This document shows positions 31,792 through 41,793 of a stretch of 64,000 nucleotides of DNA, in pieces. Location: positions 1,760,001-1,824,000 of the forward strand of contig CAWDXG010000001.1 in the NCBI GenBank assembly GCA_963806225.1, in the 5' to 3' direction. The notes below the pieces were generated by a model. It saw nothing but the letters and a program-made list of their open reading frames with translations. It made no database searches and was not told the origin of the DNA. Position 1 is the stretch's first letter. Each line of letters begins with the position of its first letter. Source of the stretch: an uncultured delta proteobacterium. GTDB taxonomy: Bacteria; Myxococcota_A; Polyangia; Polyangiales; Polyangiaceae. A program made the position numbers and the translations under genes.

Positions 31792-34776
31792 ATGCGCGGG
31801 TGGCCGATCGCGATGGCAGTTCTGGCTCTGGCCTGCGGCGGAGCGCAGGCTTCCCCCGTGACGCCCAGAGCGCCCGCGGCGCCCACGCGCGCTGCCCCGG
31901 TCGCGTCCACGGCGGTGTCGCCCGGGCCTGCGCCGGCGCCGATTCTCGATCCGCGGGCGCCGCTGCCCGATGGGGCGCATGCGCGCTGCGGTACGTCGCG
32001 CATGCGGTTCATAGCGCTCCCCGAGGCAGTTTCGATTGCCAACGACGGACGCATCCTGTCGATCGAGAACATCGACGGCTGGCAGGTGGTGCGCGATGTC
32101 GTCGAGGACAAGACGCTGTGGACGCTTCCCGACATCGAGGCGAGCGCGCTTTCGCCTGGTGGCAGCGCGGTGGTCACGCTCCGCCCCACGAAGCGACCGC
32201 AAGAGTCCGTGCTGGTCGTCTCGTCTCCCGACGGCAAGGAGCGGGGACGCGTGCCGTTGTCGGTGCCGAAAGACGCGACCTTCGAACCGCTCCAGATCAC
32301 TTTCGACGGTCGTCGCGCACTCGCCGTCGCCGGTATGACCGTGTTCGTGGTCTCGCTCGAACCGCCGCGCCTGGAGCGGAAGCGGCACCTGACGGGGGAC
32401 AGTGTACTTGCGCTGAGCGGCGACGGGACGCGAGCGCTGGTCGTCACCCGCCGCCACCCCACGGGCCACGGCCTGATGGGTCTCTTGGCGCCGGTCGAGC
32501 GGAGTGGCGTGCTGACTCTGGTGGAGCTCGCGAGCGGCCGCACTCTCCGCACGCTCGGTACCAGGGACAAGCCGTTCAAGTACTCGGCCGTCGCGCTGTC
32601 GCGCGAGGGGCGCCGGCTGTTCATCGGCACGACGAACGCCATCGACGTAGTGGACGCCCGGACGGGCTCGCTCCGGACGCTGGCGCGCCTCGAGGGCTCG
32701 GGGCTCGGAGGGCTCTCGGCGGGCAGCCATCGCTTGCTGGTGTCACCGGACGACAGCCAGCTGACGTACAGGCAGCGGGGCGTGCACCTGGTGGACACGA
32801 AGACGGGCAGCGTCCAGCAGCTCCCGGCCACGGCATCGCCTCGGGCGTTCTCGCCGGACGGAGGCCTGCTCCTCTACCGCGAGTCCCAGGCCGCGGTGGT
32901 GCGCGGCAAGCATTACGACGTGCCGGCGGGGCATCGCCTGCCGGTTACGGCGCTCGCTTTCATCGACCGCGGGCGTCGGCTCGCTTCGGCAGCCGGCTCG
33001 CTGCGCTTGTGGGATCCGCGCACCGGCGCGCCGCTCGGCTCCTCCCGCCTGGCCGGCGGCAGGGTGCGGCTGGCGCCGTCATCCGATGGCGCGAGACTCG
33101 CCATCGCCGGACGCGACCTGGAGATCGCGGACACGGCGGGGAAAAAGCTCCTGCGCATCGACACCTCGCATCAAGTCCCGGCGGTGGCGTTCCTGGCCCA
33201 CGGCGGGCTGCTCGCCGGTACCCTGATGGGGCCGGGCTGGATGCCCGGCACGCGCGGCAAGCAATCGCACCTGCGCGCGGACCGCACTCTGTTCCGGCTT
33301 GCGCCCGACGGCCGCACACTGGGCTCGGTCGAGGTCGGCGACGTGCGCTCGCTTTCGGTTGCGCCGGATTCCAGGCAGGTCGCGCTCTACAGCGACCGTA
33401 CCGGGGGCGGGGTCGGGCACGTGGAGCTCCGGGACGTGGCGACGCTGCAGCATCGCGTGGCTCTGGCGCCGCTCGATGCGTACAGGGACTGGCTCGCGTT
33501 TGCCGGCCCGGACACGCTGGTTGCAGCGAGCAGGCGGCGCGGTGCCGTCGCGTTCGACCTCCGGACAAGGAAGGTCCAGGCCCGCTTTGCTCTCGGGAAC
33601 TGCTGCAGCGCGCTCGCGGTGTCGCCCGACGGCACGCGGCTCGCGGCCGCTGCCGGTCGCGATGTGCAGCTCTGGGATATCGCCCCCCGCAGGCTGCTGG
33701 GCGTGTTCCGGGGCCATAGCGGAGACGTTCAAGCGCTTGCGTTCTCTCCGGATGGAAAGTGGCTGGCCTCCGCGGGGCGCGACACCAGTGTGCTGATCTG
33801 GGCCGCGGCGGCACCGACGCCGCTGGAGAGGCCGACACCGACGCTCGAGAAACCCGCGGTCGGTTCGCTGGCGGAGCTGGCGCGGGGCTATCGGGGCGAA
33901 CGACTCGCCACGCTTTCCAGGGGAAAGCTCGCGTCTCCGGGCGAGACGCTGCCGAAACTGCCGGCTGGGCTCCGGGCGGTGGCGCGCGGCGGCGCGGCTA
34001 GCTGCGCCATCACCGCGCGGCGAAAGGTCGTGTGCTGGGGCAGCTGGCTCGGGGGCAGGCTGGGCCTGAACACCAAGTCGCACGCCCCGGCGGGTCAGCT
34101 CCGACCCGTGCCGGGCGTCCGCGACGCGCGCAGGATCGCCATGGGTCTGATGTACGCCTGCGCCATCGACTCGCACGGTGCGGCCAGCTGCTGGGGGTCG
34201 CTTGGTGGCGTCATCCGCGCGCAGGCGCCCCGCGCGCTGAACGTGCCGAGCCCGGTCGTCGACATCCAGATCGGTCTCGCACACGCCTGCGCGCTGCTCG
34301 AGAGCGGACACGTCGTGTGCTGGGGTGACAATCCCGACGGCCAGCTTGGCACGAGCGCGTTCGCCGCAAGTTCCCCCGCGCCCATGCCGCTCATCGACGA
34401 TGCCGTCGCGATCGCGGTTGGCGATCTGCATACGTGCGTGCTGCGGCGCGCCGGTGCGATCTTCTGCTCGGGTTCGAACAGGTCGGATCAGCTCGGCGAC
34501 GGTACCGGCGTCGACTCCAGGTCGCCGGTGGAGGTAGTCCGCTTGCGGGGAGCCCGCGCGATCTCCGCCGATGGGAGCGCCAGCTGCGCCGTGGCGCACG
34601 ATGGCCGTGTGTTCTGCTGGGGCCGGTTGGCCGGCTTCCTCGGCAGCGAAGTGCACTTCGTGAGGCCCACGCCCGTGGACGCGCTCGGAAGCGCGGAAAA
34701 GGTCCGGATCGTGGCGGGGCGCGTGTGCGTGCAGGGCGGCGGGCCGGTGCGCTGCGCGCGTTTCCTGCGCCGGTAG
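31792..34776 (+). CDS. WD40-repeat plus RCC1-repeat lipoprotein
   Basis: Lipobox ALAC; WD40 (GHSGDVQALAFSPDGKWLASAGRDTSVLIW); RCC1 (HACALLESGHVVCWGDNPDGQLG). Confidence 0.85.
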   Translation: MRGWPIAMAVLALACGGAQASPVTPRAPAAPTRAAPVASTAVSPGPAPAPILDPRAPLPDGAHARCGTSRMRFIALPEAVSIANDGRILSIENIDGWQVVRDVVEDKTLWTLPDIEASALSPGGSAVVTLRPTKRPQESVLVVSSPDGKERGRVPLSVPKDATFEPLQITFDGRRALAVAGMTVFVVSLEPPRLERKRHLTGDSVLALSGDGTRALVVTRRHPTGHGLMGLLAPVERSGVLTLVELASGRTLRTLGTRDKPFKYSAVALSREGRRLFIGTTNAIDVVDARTGSLRTLARLEGSGLGGLSAGSHRLLVSPDDSQLTYRQRGVHLVDTKTGSVQQLPATASPRAFSPDGGLLLYRESQAAVVRGKHYDVPAGHRLPVTALAFIDRGRRLASAAGSLRLWDPRTGAPLGSSRLAGGRVRLAPSSDGARLAIAGRDLEIADTAGKKLLRIDTSHQVPAVAFLAHGGLLAGTLMGPGWMPGTRGKQSHLRADRTLFRLAPDGRTLGSVEVGDVRSLSVAPDSRQVALYSDRTGGGVGHVELRDVATLQHRVALAPLDAYRDWLAFAGPDTLVAASRRRGAVAFDLRTRKVQARFALGNCCSALAVSPDGTRLAAAAGRDVQLWDIAPRRLLGVFRGHSGDVQALAFSPDGKWLASAGRDTSVLIWAAAAPTPLERPTPTLEKPAVGSLAELARGYRGERLATLSRGKLASPGETLPKLPAGLRAVARGGAASCAITARRKVVCWGSWLGGRLGLNTKSHAPAGQLRPVPGVRDARRIAMGLMYACAIDSHGAASCWGSLGGVIRAQAPRALNVPSPVVDIQIGLAHACALLESGHVVCWGDNPDGQLGTSAFAASSPAPMPLIDDAVAIAVGDLHTCVLRRAGAIFCSGSNRSDQLGDGTGVDSRSPVEVVRLRGARAISADGSASCAVAHDGRVFCWGRLAGFLGSEVHFVRPTPVDALGSAEKVRIVAGRVCVQGGGPVRCARFLRR

Positions 34777-34833
34777 CAGCGTTTGGCGGAGATGCCTTGA
34801 TCCCCATGGACCCGGACCTACTCTGGGGGCTTC

Positions 34834-36144
34834 ATGGCGGATGCAGGGGGCAAGCTCTCGTTCAAGTCGGTGTTCATCGCGGTGTTGCTGGCGACGGCGC
34901 TGGTGGTCGCAGCGATGCTCGTCAACAGCCGGCGGCCGACGGTCGAGCGACAGCAGCCGAGTGCCCAGCTCGTCGAGGCGACCGGCAAGTGCGCCGGATG
35001 CCATCGTCACGAGACCTCGGCCATCGTCCAGCAGTACGAGATGAGCCGCCACGCCAAGCGAGGCGTCAACTGTCTCGACTGCCACCGCGCGGCGCCGGGG
35101 CAGAAGACCCGCGAGCACAAGGGCTTCACCATTGCCGTCGCGCTCACCGCGAAGAACTGCAGAGAGTGCCACGCGGCGGAGTACCGGCAGTTCGAGCGCA
35201 GCCGGCACGCGGCGCCGGCGTGGGCGGCGGTCAACGGAGCCGCGGACTTCTCGAAGTCGCAGCTGGCCGAGGGAGAGCGCTATCACAAGGGCTGGGTCGA
35301 TCGGCAGCCGAACGCCCTGGCGAAGCTGGAAGGCGATCCCGCGATGCACCGCGGTTGCGACAGCTGTCACAGCATAGGCAAGCCGAACGCCGACGGCTCG
35401 ATCGGAAGCTGCACGCAATGCCACTCGCGTCACGACGCGTCGGTCGCCACCGCGCGTGAGCCCGCCACGTGCGGCCAGTGCCACATGGGCCCCGATCACT
35501 CACAGATCGAGATCTACGACGAGTCGAAGCACGGCGTGCTGTTCAACGCCGAACGCGCGAGCATCAACCTGAAGGCGTTGCCCGACCGGTTGACGACGAA
35601 GGACATGCCCGTACCGACCTGTGCCACCTGCCACATGAGCGGGCTCGACGGTATGGGCGTCACCCACGACACGAGCGAGCGGCTGAGCTGGTATCTGTTC
35701 GAGCCCGTGTCGAAGAAGCGGCCGAACTACCTGCGCGGCCAGACGGAGATGAAGGAAGTCTGCCTGAAGTGTCACGCGAAGAGCGGGGTGGAGCGCTTCT
35801 ACAAGACCGCCGAGCAGGTCGTACGCGACACCAACACCAAGGTGAAGAGCACGCTCGCCGTCGTGGACAAGCTCCGGAAGGACGGCCTGCTCACGCCGAA
35901 GCCCTTCGACGAGCCGATCGAGTTCATGGCGTTCGACCTGTGGCACTACTTCGGCCGCACCACCAAGCACGGCGCCTTCATGGGCGGCGCCGACTTCGTG
36001 CAGTGGCATGGCAACTACGAGCTGCTCCGCCACAAGGTGGACATCGAGGCGGCCGCGCGGGAGGTCCGTGCGCGCGCCGCGCAGCAATCCGCTCCGACCC
36101 GGGCCGGCGCGGCGGACGGGTCGGGGCACGATGCGACTCGTTGA
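34834..36144 (+). CDS. Octaheme cytochrome c, hydroxylamine oxidoreductase (HAO) family
   Basis: Eight CxxCH (CAGCH, CLDCH, CRECH, CDSCH, CTQCH, CGQCH, CATCH, CLKCH); CGQCHMGPDHSQIEIYDESKHG signature; N-terminal TM/signal. Confidence 0.88.
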   Translation: MADAGGKLSFKSVFIAVLLATALVVAAMLVNSRRPTVERQQPSAQLVEATGKCAGCHRHETSAIVQQYEMSRHAKRGVNCLDCHRAAPGQKTREHKGFTIAVALTAKNCRECHAAEYRQFERSRHAAPAWAAVNGAADFSKSQLAEGERYHKGWVDRQPNALAKLEGDPAMHRGCDSCHSIGKPNADGSIGSCTQCHSRHDASVATAREPATCGQCHMGPDHSQIEIYDESKHGVLFNAERASINLKALPDRLTTKDMPVPTCATCHMSGLDGMGVTHDTSERLSWYLFEPVSKKRPNYLRGQTEMKEVCLKCHAKSGVERFYKTAEQVVRDTNTKVKSTLAVVDKLRKDGLLTPKPFDEPIEFMAFDLWHYFGRTTKHGAFMGGADFVQWHGNYELLRHKVDIEAAAREVRARAAQQSAPTRAGAADGSGHDATR

Positions 36145-36991
36145 GCGGCTGCGCGGTCTGTCGCCGCACTGGCTGGTCGAGGTGTTCGCGACGAGCAACA
36201 TCGCGTTCCTCGCCGCCGACATCTATCTGGCGCACCTCGAGAACAACTTCGCGCGTACGGCGGAGTGGTTGCCGGTGTTCTTCTCGTGCCTGGCGCCGCT
36301 GGTGCTCGTTGGGGGATTGTCCAGCGGGCGCTACCAGCGTGGCGTCTGCCGTGTGGCCGGCTACGTCGTCGGTATTGCAGCGGTGCTGGTCGGGATTGCC
36401 GGTATGCTGCTGCACCTCCAAAGTGCGTTCTTCGAGCTCCGCACGCTCAAGAGCCTGGTGTACACGGCGCCTTTCGTCGCTCCGCTGTCGTACGTAGGGG
36501 TCGGGTTGCTCCTGATCCTGAACCGCATGGAGTCGCGTTCGTCGCCGGACTTCGGGGCGTGGGTTCTGTTTCTGGCGACGGGTGGTTTCGTGGGCAACTT
36601 CGTGCTGTCGCTGCTGGACCACGCCCAGAACGGTTTCTTCTCGCCGCTCGAGTGGGTCCCGGTGGTCGCGGCGGCATTCGGTCTCGCCTTCTTCTCGACC
36701 GCGCTGCTCCGCCGCGGGCGGGCGTTGCTGCGGCTGTCGCTGGGGATTGCGGCGCTCCAGGCCGTGGTCGGATTGAGCGGCTTCGCCCTGCACCTGGCGG
36801 CGAACCTCGCGAAGCCGGGTGTCCCATTCCGGGACCGCCTGATCTACGGAGCACCTGTGTTCGCTCCGCTGCTGTTCGCGGATCTGGCTGCCCTGGCGGC
36901 ACTCGGCCTGTGGCAGATGCTCGGGGTCGCCGCGCGAGCAGCGGCGCCGCCCAGCCCGGCATCGGCGCCGGACGGTGCACCCGCCCTGTGA
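36131..36991 (+). CDS. Integral membrane protein with internal duplication and four His (putative cytochrome b-like partner)
   Basis: Overlaps the octaheme stop; two homologous halves each with H..EW.P and LH..YxAP.xAPL. Confidence 0.75.
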   Translation: MRLVERLRGLSPHWLVEVFATSNIAFLAADIYLAHLENNFARTAEWLPVFFSCLAPLVLVGGLSSGRYQRGVCRVAGYVVGIAAVLVGIAGMLLHLQSAFFELRTLKSLVYTAPFVAPLSYVGVGLLLILNRMESRSSPDFGAWVLFLATGGFVGNFVLSLLDHAQNGFFSPLEWVPVVAAAFGLAFFSTALLRRGRALLRLSLGIAALQAVVGLSGFALHLAANLAKPGVPFRDRLIYGAPVFAPLLFADLAALAALGLWQMLGVAARAAAPPSPASAPDGAPAL

Positions 36992-37142
36992 GCGCCTGGG
37001 CGTCGGGCCCTTCGCCAGGACAAAAACACGCAAAATGATCGCGATCAACCGCCGTTCCTGCATGGGTGGCGCGACATCGGCGAGGAGCCTAGCCTAGCCG
37101 GTGGTCCGGGTGCGCCATCCCACGCACCCGCCGGGTGAGCCC

Positions 37143-38474
37143 ATGGGCCCTGAATCACGGAACGGATCCGCGGGGGACAGGCGCGAACAGCGCATCGAGG
37201 AGCAGCTGCTCGAGCGGAACGTCGAGCTCGAGGTGATCAACGCGGTGTCCATCGCCGTGTCGTCGTCGCTGGAGCTCGGCAGCATCCTTGAGCGCACGCT
37301 GGATGCGGTCCTGCGCGTGAGCGGGCTCGCGCCCTCCGGCGGGATCTTCCTGCTCGACGAGGAGCTGGGCGAGCTCCGACTCGTCGCGCACCGCGGACTG
37401 TCGCCGCAGTTCGTCGAGCACGAGCAGCGCGTCAAGGTGGGCGAGTGTCTGTGCGGGCTGGTCGCCGCTACGGGCGAGCTGATCGGCTCGCCGGACTCCT
37501 GTTCCGATCCCCGGCATACCCGCTGCCGTGACGGCTGCAGCCACTCGCACGTGATCGTGCCGCTGGCGGCGCACGAACGCGTGCGCGGCGTCTTGTTCCT
37601 GTATCCACCGCCCGGCCACGAGCTCGACGGCAGCCAGCGGCGGCTGTTCTCGACCATCGGCCGCCAGATCGGCGTGGCTATCGAACACGCGCTCGTGTAC
37701 CAGAGCACCGGCGCGGAGCTGCGTCGCAAGGTCGTGGAGCTGGGCACGGCACTGCAGGAGGCGGACCGGCAACGCGCGCGCGCCAGCGAGGTGCAGCGCC
37801 TCAAGGACGACTACGTGACGATGGTCTCGCACGATCTACGCACGCCGCTGTCGGGCATGTTGGCGCAGGCCGAGCTCCTCAGGCGCCGCGCCGAGCGCTC
37901 CGGCAACGCGTCGTGCGCAGAGGTGGCGGAGGCGATCATCCGCGGCGGACAGCGCATGAATTCGATGATTAGCGACCTCGTGGAATCCGCGCGACTGGAG
38001 TCGGGGCAGGTCTCGCTGGATATCGAAAGCCTCTCCGCTGCGACGCTGGTGTCCGACGTGCTCGATATGCTTCCCGCGGCGGAGCGCGAACGCGTCGAGC
38101 AGGACCCGCCGCGCGAGCTTCCGCTCGTGCGCGCCGATCGCCAGCGCATCGGCCGCGTAGTCACGAACCTGGTGACGAACGCGCTGAAGTACTCGTCTTC
38201 CGACGCGCGCGTCACGGTGCGACTTTCGGGTGGCGACGATCAAGTGACGGTGAGCGTCGAGGACCGCGGGATCGGTATCGACGCGGAAGCGCTGCCGCGC
38301 GTGTTCGAGCGTTTCTACCGTGCGTGCGGAGTGACGGGTCCCGACGGTCTCGGTCTGGGGCTGTACATCACGCGGCTTCTCGTCGAAGCGCACGGCGGGC
38401 GCATCACCGCGGAGAGCGTGAAGGGCGAAGGGTCGACCTTCCGCTTCACGTTGCCGGTCGCTCCCGGGCAGTAG
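37143..38474 (+). CDS. GAF-domain sensor histidine kinase
   Basis: Cys/His-rich GAF, H-box SHDLRTPL, NLVTNALKYS, DRGIGI, FERFYR, GLGLGL; start may be 37101. Confidence 0.92.
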   Translation: MGPESRNGSAGDRREQRIEEQLLERNVELEVINAVSIAVSSSLELGSILERTLDAVLRVSGLAPSGGIFLLDEELGELRLVAHRGLSPQFVEHEQRVKVGECLCGLVAATGELIGSPDSCSDPRHTRCRDGCSHSHVIVPLAAHERVRGVLFLYPPPGHELDGSQRRLFSTIGRQIGVAIEHALVYQSTGAELRRKVVELGTALQEADRQRARASEVQRLKDDYVTMVSHDLRTPLSGMLAQAELLRRRAERSGNASCAEVAEAIIRGGQRMNSMISDLVESARLESGQVSLDIESLSAATLVSDVLDMLPAAERERVEQDPPRELPLVRADRQRIGRVVTNLVTNALKYSSSDARVTVRLSGGDDQVTVSVEDRGIGIDAEALPRVFERFYRACGVTGPDGLGLGLYITRLLVEAHGGRITAESVKGEGSTFRFTLPVAPGQ

Positions 38475-38716
38475 TCGCGCCATCCCACAGCGCGTGACAA
38501 GCGCTGGTGAACCGCGCTCGCCGCGAGGTCCCGAACCCGCGCGCGCGCACGCGCCGTGATCCCGAAGTGTTACGGCCCGCGCGAAACCGCACGCGCACAT
38601 ATCGCATGGCGTTTGCACGCTCGCGCACGCACTGAAAACTCTGCGCGTCGCGCAACGTGTGATCGCGAGCGCTGCGCGGGATGTGCGCTAGCCTCTACTG
38701 TCCACGGAGGGATTGC

Positions 38717-40180
38717 GTGATCCAGAAACACATCGGGTTCGGGAAATGGATATTCGTTGGCTGCGCGTCGATGCTCGGCATTGCTTGCGGGACCCCTGAC
38801 GCAAATGTGCACGGCAACGCAGGCGGCGCGGCGGGCAGCGGCGGAAGCGCCACCACTGGTGGAACCAGTGGCGCGAGTGGCGGCACCGGTGGTGCGGACG
38901 GCAGCGACGCGGGCAACGCAGGCGGCTACAACGCAGGCGGCACAGCCGGAACCGGCGCAGGCGGAAGCAACGCAGGCGGAGCCGGCGCAGGCGGCGCGGC
39001 CGGAAGCAACGCCGGTGGCGCCGGCGGCGGAACGTGCAACGACGTGTGTCCGGCGCCCAACGGCGGCGTGACCTGGGACTGCGAGAAGCGCTTCATGTAC
39101 GGCGTGAACTACGCCTGGAACGTCTTCAGCGGTGACTTCGGCGGCATTCCGCAGTGGGGCGACAACGGGGTGAGCCAGAACGTGGCAGCTGTATCGGCCG
39201 ATCTGGCGGACATGCACGCGCATGGAGTGACCGCGATCCGCTGGTGGATGTTCCCCGACTTCCGCAGCGCCGGCGTGACGTTCGACGCGACCGACACGCC
39301 GACGGGTCTCGGCGGCACTGCGGTGGCGGATATCGACAAGGCGCTCGAGCTTGCCGAGCAGAACGACGTCTACCTGATGTTGACGTTGTTCTCCTTCGAC
39401 GACTTCAAGCCGACCGGTGACGTAGCCGGCATCCACGTTCCGGGCATGGCGCCGATGGTGACCGATGCGACCAAGCGGGCGGCGCTCATGAAGGTCGTGC
39501 GGCAGATCGCCAAGACCGTGGAGGCCAGCCCGTACAGGAACCGCATGGTCGCGTGGGACGTCATCAACGAGCCCGAGTGGGCGATCAGCGGCAGCGACTC
39601 GTACGGCGATCCGGCCTTCACGCCGCAGTCCGGATCGCTCCAGACCGTGACCTTCTCCCAGATGGAGACGCTCGTGAAGGACACCATCGCCGTGCTGCGG
39701 AGCGAGAGCTCCGCGCTCGTTACGGTCGGCGGTGCCGCGGCGAAGTGGGCGCAGGACTGGTCGCATGTCAACGTCGATTTCTACTCGCTGCACATCTACG
39801 ACTGGATCGACCAGTACTGGCCCTACAGCAACGCGCCCAGCAGCTACGGTTTGAACAAGCCGATCGTGATGCAGGAGATGTCATTCGCCGGGCTCAACGG
39901 CGCGTCCTATTCGTCGGTGGTGCAGAGCTTCTGGAACACCGGCTACGCCGGTGCGATGCCCTGGATGTGGGGCGAAGCCACGAATGCGGAGAAGACCACG
40001 TTCAAGGCCTTCGCCGATCAGCACGCCTGCCAGACGAACTACAGCCAGACCTCGCCGCTGATCATCACGCCGGCGCCTGCGGCCGCGACTCCGAAGCGCA
40101 CGCTCCCCGCGGGTGTCATTCCGAGCCTGAGGCGTTGCCGGGTCGTGAACGGTCTGCCCGACTGCAGCGTGATGCCGTAG
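38717..40180 (+). CDS. Clan GH-A glycoside hydrolase (GH5-like) lipoprotein
   Basis: Lipobox GIAC, Gly linker, GVNYAW, IRWWMF, WDVINEPEW (acid/base), SLHIY, IVMQE (nucleophile). Confidence 0.8.
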   Translation: MIQKHIGFGKWIFVGCASMLGIACGTPDANVHGNAGGAAGSGGSATTGGTSGASGGTGGADGSDAGNAGGYNAGGTAGTGAGGSNAGGAGAGGAAGSNAGGAGGGTCNDVCPAPNGGVTWDCEKRFMYGVNYAWNVFSGDFGGIPQWGDNGVSQNVAAVSADLADMHAHGVTAIRWWMFPDFRSAGVTFDATDTPTGLGGTAVADIDKALELAEQNDVYLMLTLFSFDDFKPTGDVAGIHVPGMAPMVTDATKRAALMKVVRQIAKTVEASPYRNRMVAWDVINEPEWAISGSDSYGDPAFTPQSGSLQTVTFSQMETLVKDTIAVLRSESSALVTVGGAAAKWAQDWSHVNVDFYSLHIYDWIDQYWPYSNAPSSYGLNKPIVMQEMSFAGLNGASYSSVVQSFWNTGYAGAMPWMWGEATNAEKTTFKAFADQHACQTNYSQTSPLIITPAPAAATPKRTLPAGVIPSLRRCRVVNGLPDCSVMP

Positions 40181-40416
40181 GGCTTCGTCCCGACAAGCCC
40201 GAGCGCCCGGAATTGTGGTCCGGGCGCCAGACCATGCTTCCACCCCCCCGCGCTCGCCCCCCGGCGCGGGCGGTGGGGGCGCCACCACTGGATGATTCCG
40301 GTGTGGCCGGTCTTTGCCGACATTTCGTGACAGGTGCGGGAACGACGGAGCATCCTTGCCTGTTGCTTGTTGAAGGAGCGCGCGTGCGCTCCGGATACTT
40401 TTGCTTGGAGGCCCCG

Positions 40417-41610
40417 ATGAAGCGGAAGCTCGGCGCACTGTTTGTCGTGTTGGTGCTGGGTACGGGTTGCGGCAGCTCGAGCACGAACGGAACAAGCGGC
40501 GCGGGCTACGGCGGGACCGGCGCGCGCTACGGCGGCAGCGGCGCGAGTGGCGGCAGCGGCACTGGGGGCAGTGCCGGCAACTCGACGGGCGGTAGCTCCG
40601 CCGGGGGCAGCGCAGGAGCGGGCGGGACCGTTGCGGGTTCGGCCGGCAGCGCAGCAACGGGCGGCAGCGCACCAATGGGCGGCAGCGGCGGACAGGCCGG
40701 GTCGTCGAGCGGCGGCGCGCCGAGCACGTCGAACCTCGATATCATCGTCGAGCCCAGCGACAAGGGCGCCGCACTCACGCACGCCATCCAGAATGCGCAG
40801 AAGTCGGTGCACATGACGATGTATCTGCTCACGAGCTACAACGTCATCGACGCACTGATCGCAAAGCACAAGGCCGGTCACGACGTGCGCGTGGTGCTGA
40901 ACCAGAACTTCTTTTCCGGAACGGGCAACCAGTCCGTGTTCAATCAGCTGAAGAGTGCCGGCGTGCCCGTGCACTGGGCGCCGTCGGGGTTCAACTACAC
41001 GCACGAGAAATGCGTGATCATCGACGGCAAGGCGGCGTGGATCATGACGATGAACGCCACCTACAGCTCGCCGATGGACAACCGCGAGTATCTCGCAGTC
41101 GACCGCGATCCCGCGGACGTGAGCGAGGCGGACGGCATCTTCCTGGCGGACTACGCCGGGAAGACGGCGACCGTGAACGGCAAGCTGGTTGTCTCGCCGG
41201 TGAACTCCCGCGGCAAGCTGAAGACGCTGATCGACGGCGCGCACAAGACGCTCGACATGGAAGCCGAAGAGCTCAGCGACTACGTACTGGTCGGTGCGCT
41301 CGACAGCGCCGCGAGCCGGGGCGTGAAGGTGCACATCGTGCTTGCGACCGGCAGCGCGTCCAACGCCCAGACCAAGGCGGTCGCCAATCTGAAGGCCCAC
41401 GGCGTCCAGCTCGTCTCGCTCGGCACGCCGTACATCCACGCCAAGTCGCTCGTCGCCGACGGCGCGCGCGGCTACGTCGGCTCGGAAAACTTCACGCAGA
41501 ACTCGCTCGACAACAATCGCGAGCTCGGCCTCATCTTCAGCGCCGCCACCCAGGTGAACAAGGTCCTCACGACCACGCAGAAGGACTTCGCGAACGGGAC
41601 CGCGCTGTAG
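40417..41610 (+). CDS. Phospholipase D-family lipoprotein
   Basis: Two HKD motifs (HEKCVIID, HAKSLVAD), GSENF, NRELG; lipobox GTGC. Confidence 0.9.
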   Translation: MKRKLGALFVVLVLGTGCGSSSTNGTSGAGYGGTGARYGGSGASGGSGTGGSAGNSTGGSSAGGSAGAGGTVAGSAGSAATGGSAPMGGSGGQAGSSSGGAPSTSNLDIIVEPSDKGAALTHAIQNAQKSVHMTMYLLTSYNVIDALIAKHKAGHDVRVVLNQNFFSGTGNQSVFNQLKSAGVPVHWAPSGFNYTHEKCVIIDGKAAWIMTMNATYSSPMDNREYLAVDRDPADVSEADGIFLADYAGKTATVNGKLVVSPVNSRGKLKTLIDGAHKTLDMEAEELSDYVLVGALDSAASRGVKVHIVLATGSASNAQTKAVANLKAHGVQLVSLGTPYIHAKSLVADGARGYVGSENFTQNSLDNNRELGLIFSAATQVNKVLTTTQKDFANGTAL

Positions 41611-41793
41611 CGAACCGCGCCCGGGCGTTCGACGCGCTCGAGCTGTCGACGGCGGGAGCGCTCGGCCACGAGTGAAGAATTCTGCCGTCGCCGGCGCGGC
41701 GCGACGCCGCGCGCTGCGAATCGCGGCTTCCCGCTCCAGATGTCAGGAGTATGTCAGGATCTCCGACGAGCGTTTGGGCTAGGATCCCAGGCT

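Noticed and set aside
34834..36144. Evidence of ammonia oxidation or anammox
   Set aside because: No amo, cycA/cycB or hzs genes; the cross-link Tyr appears absent.
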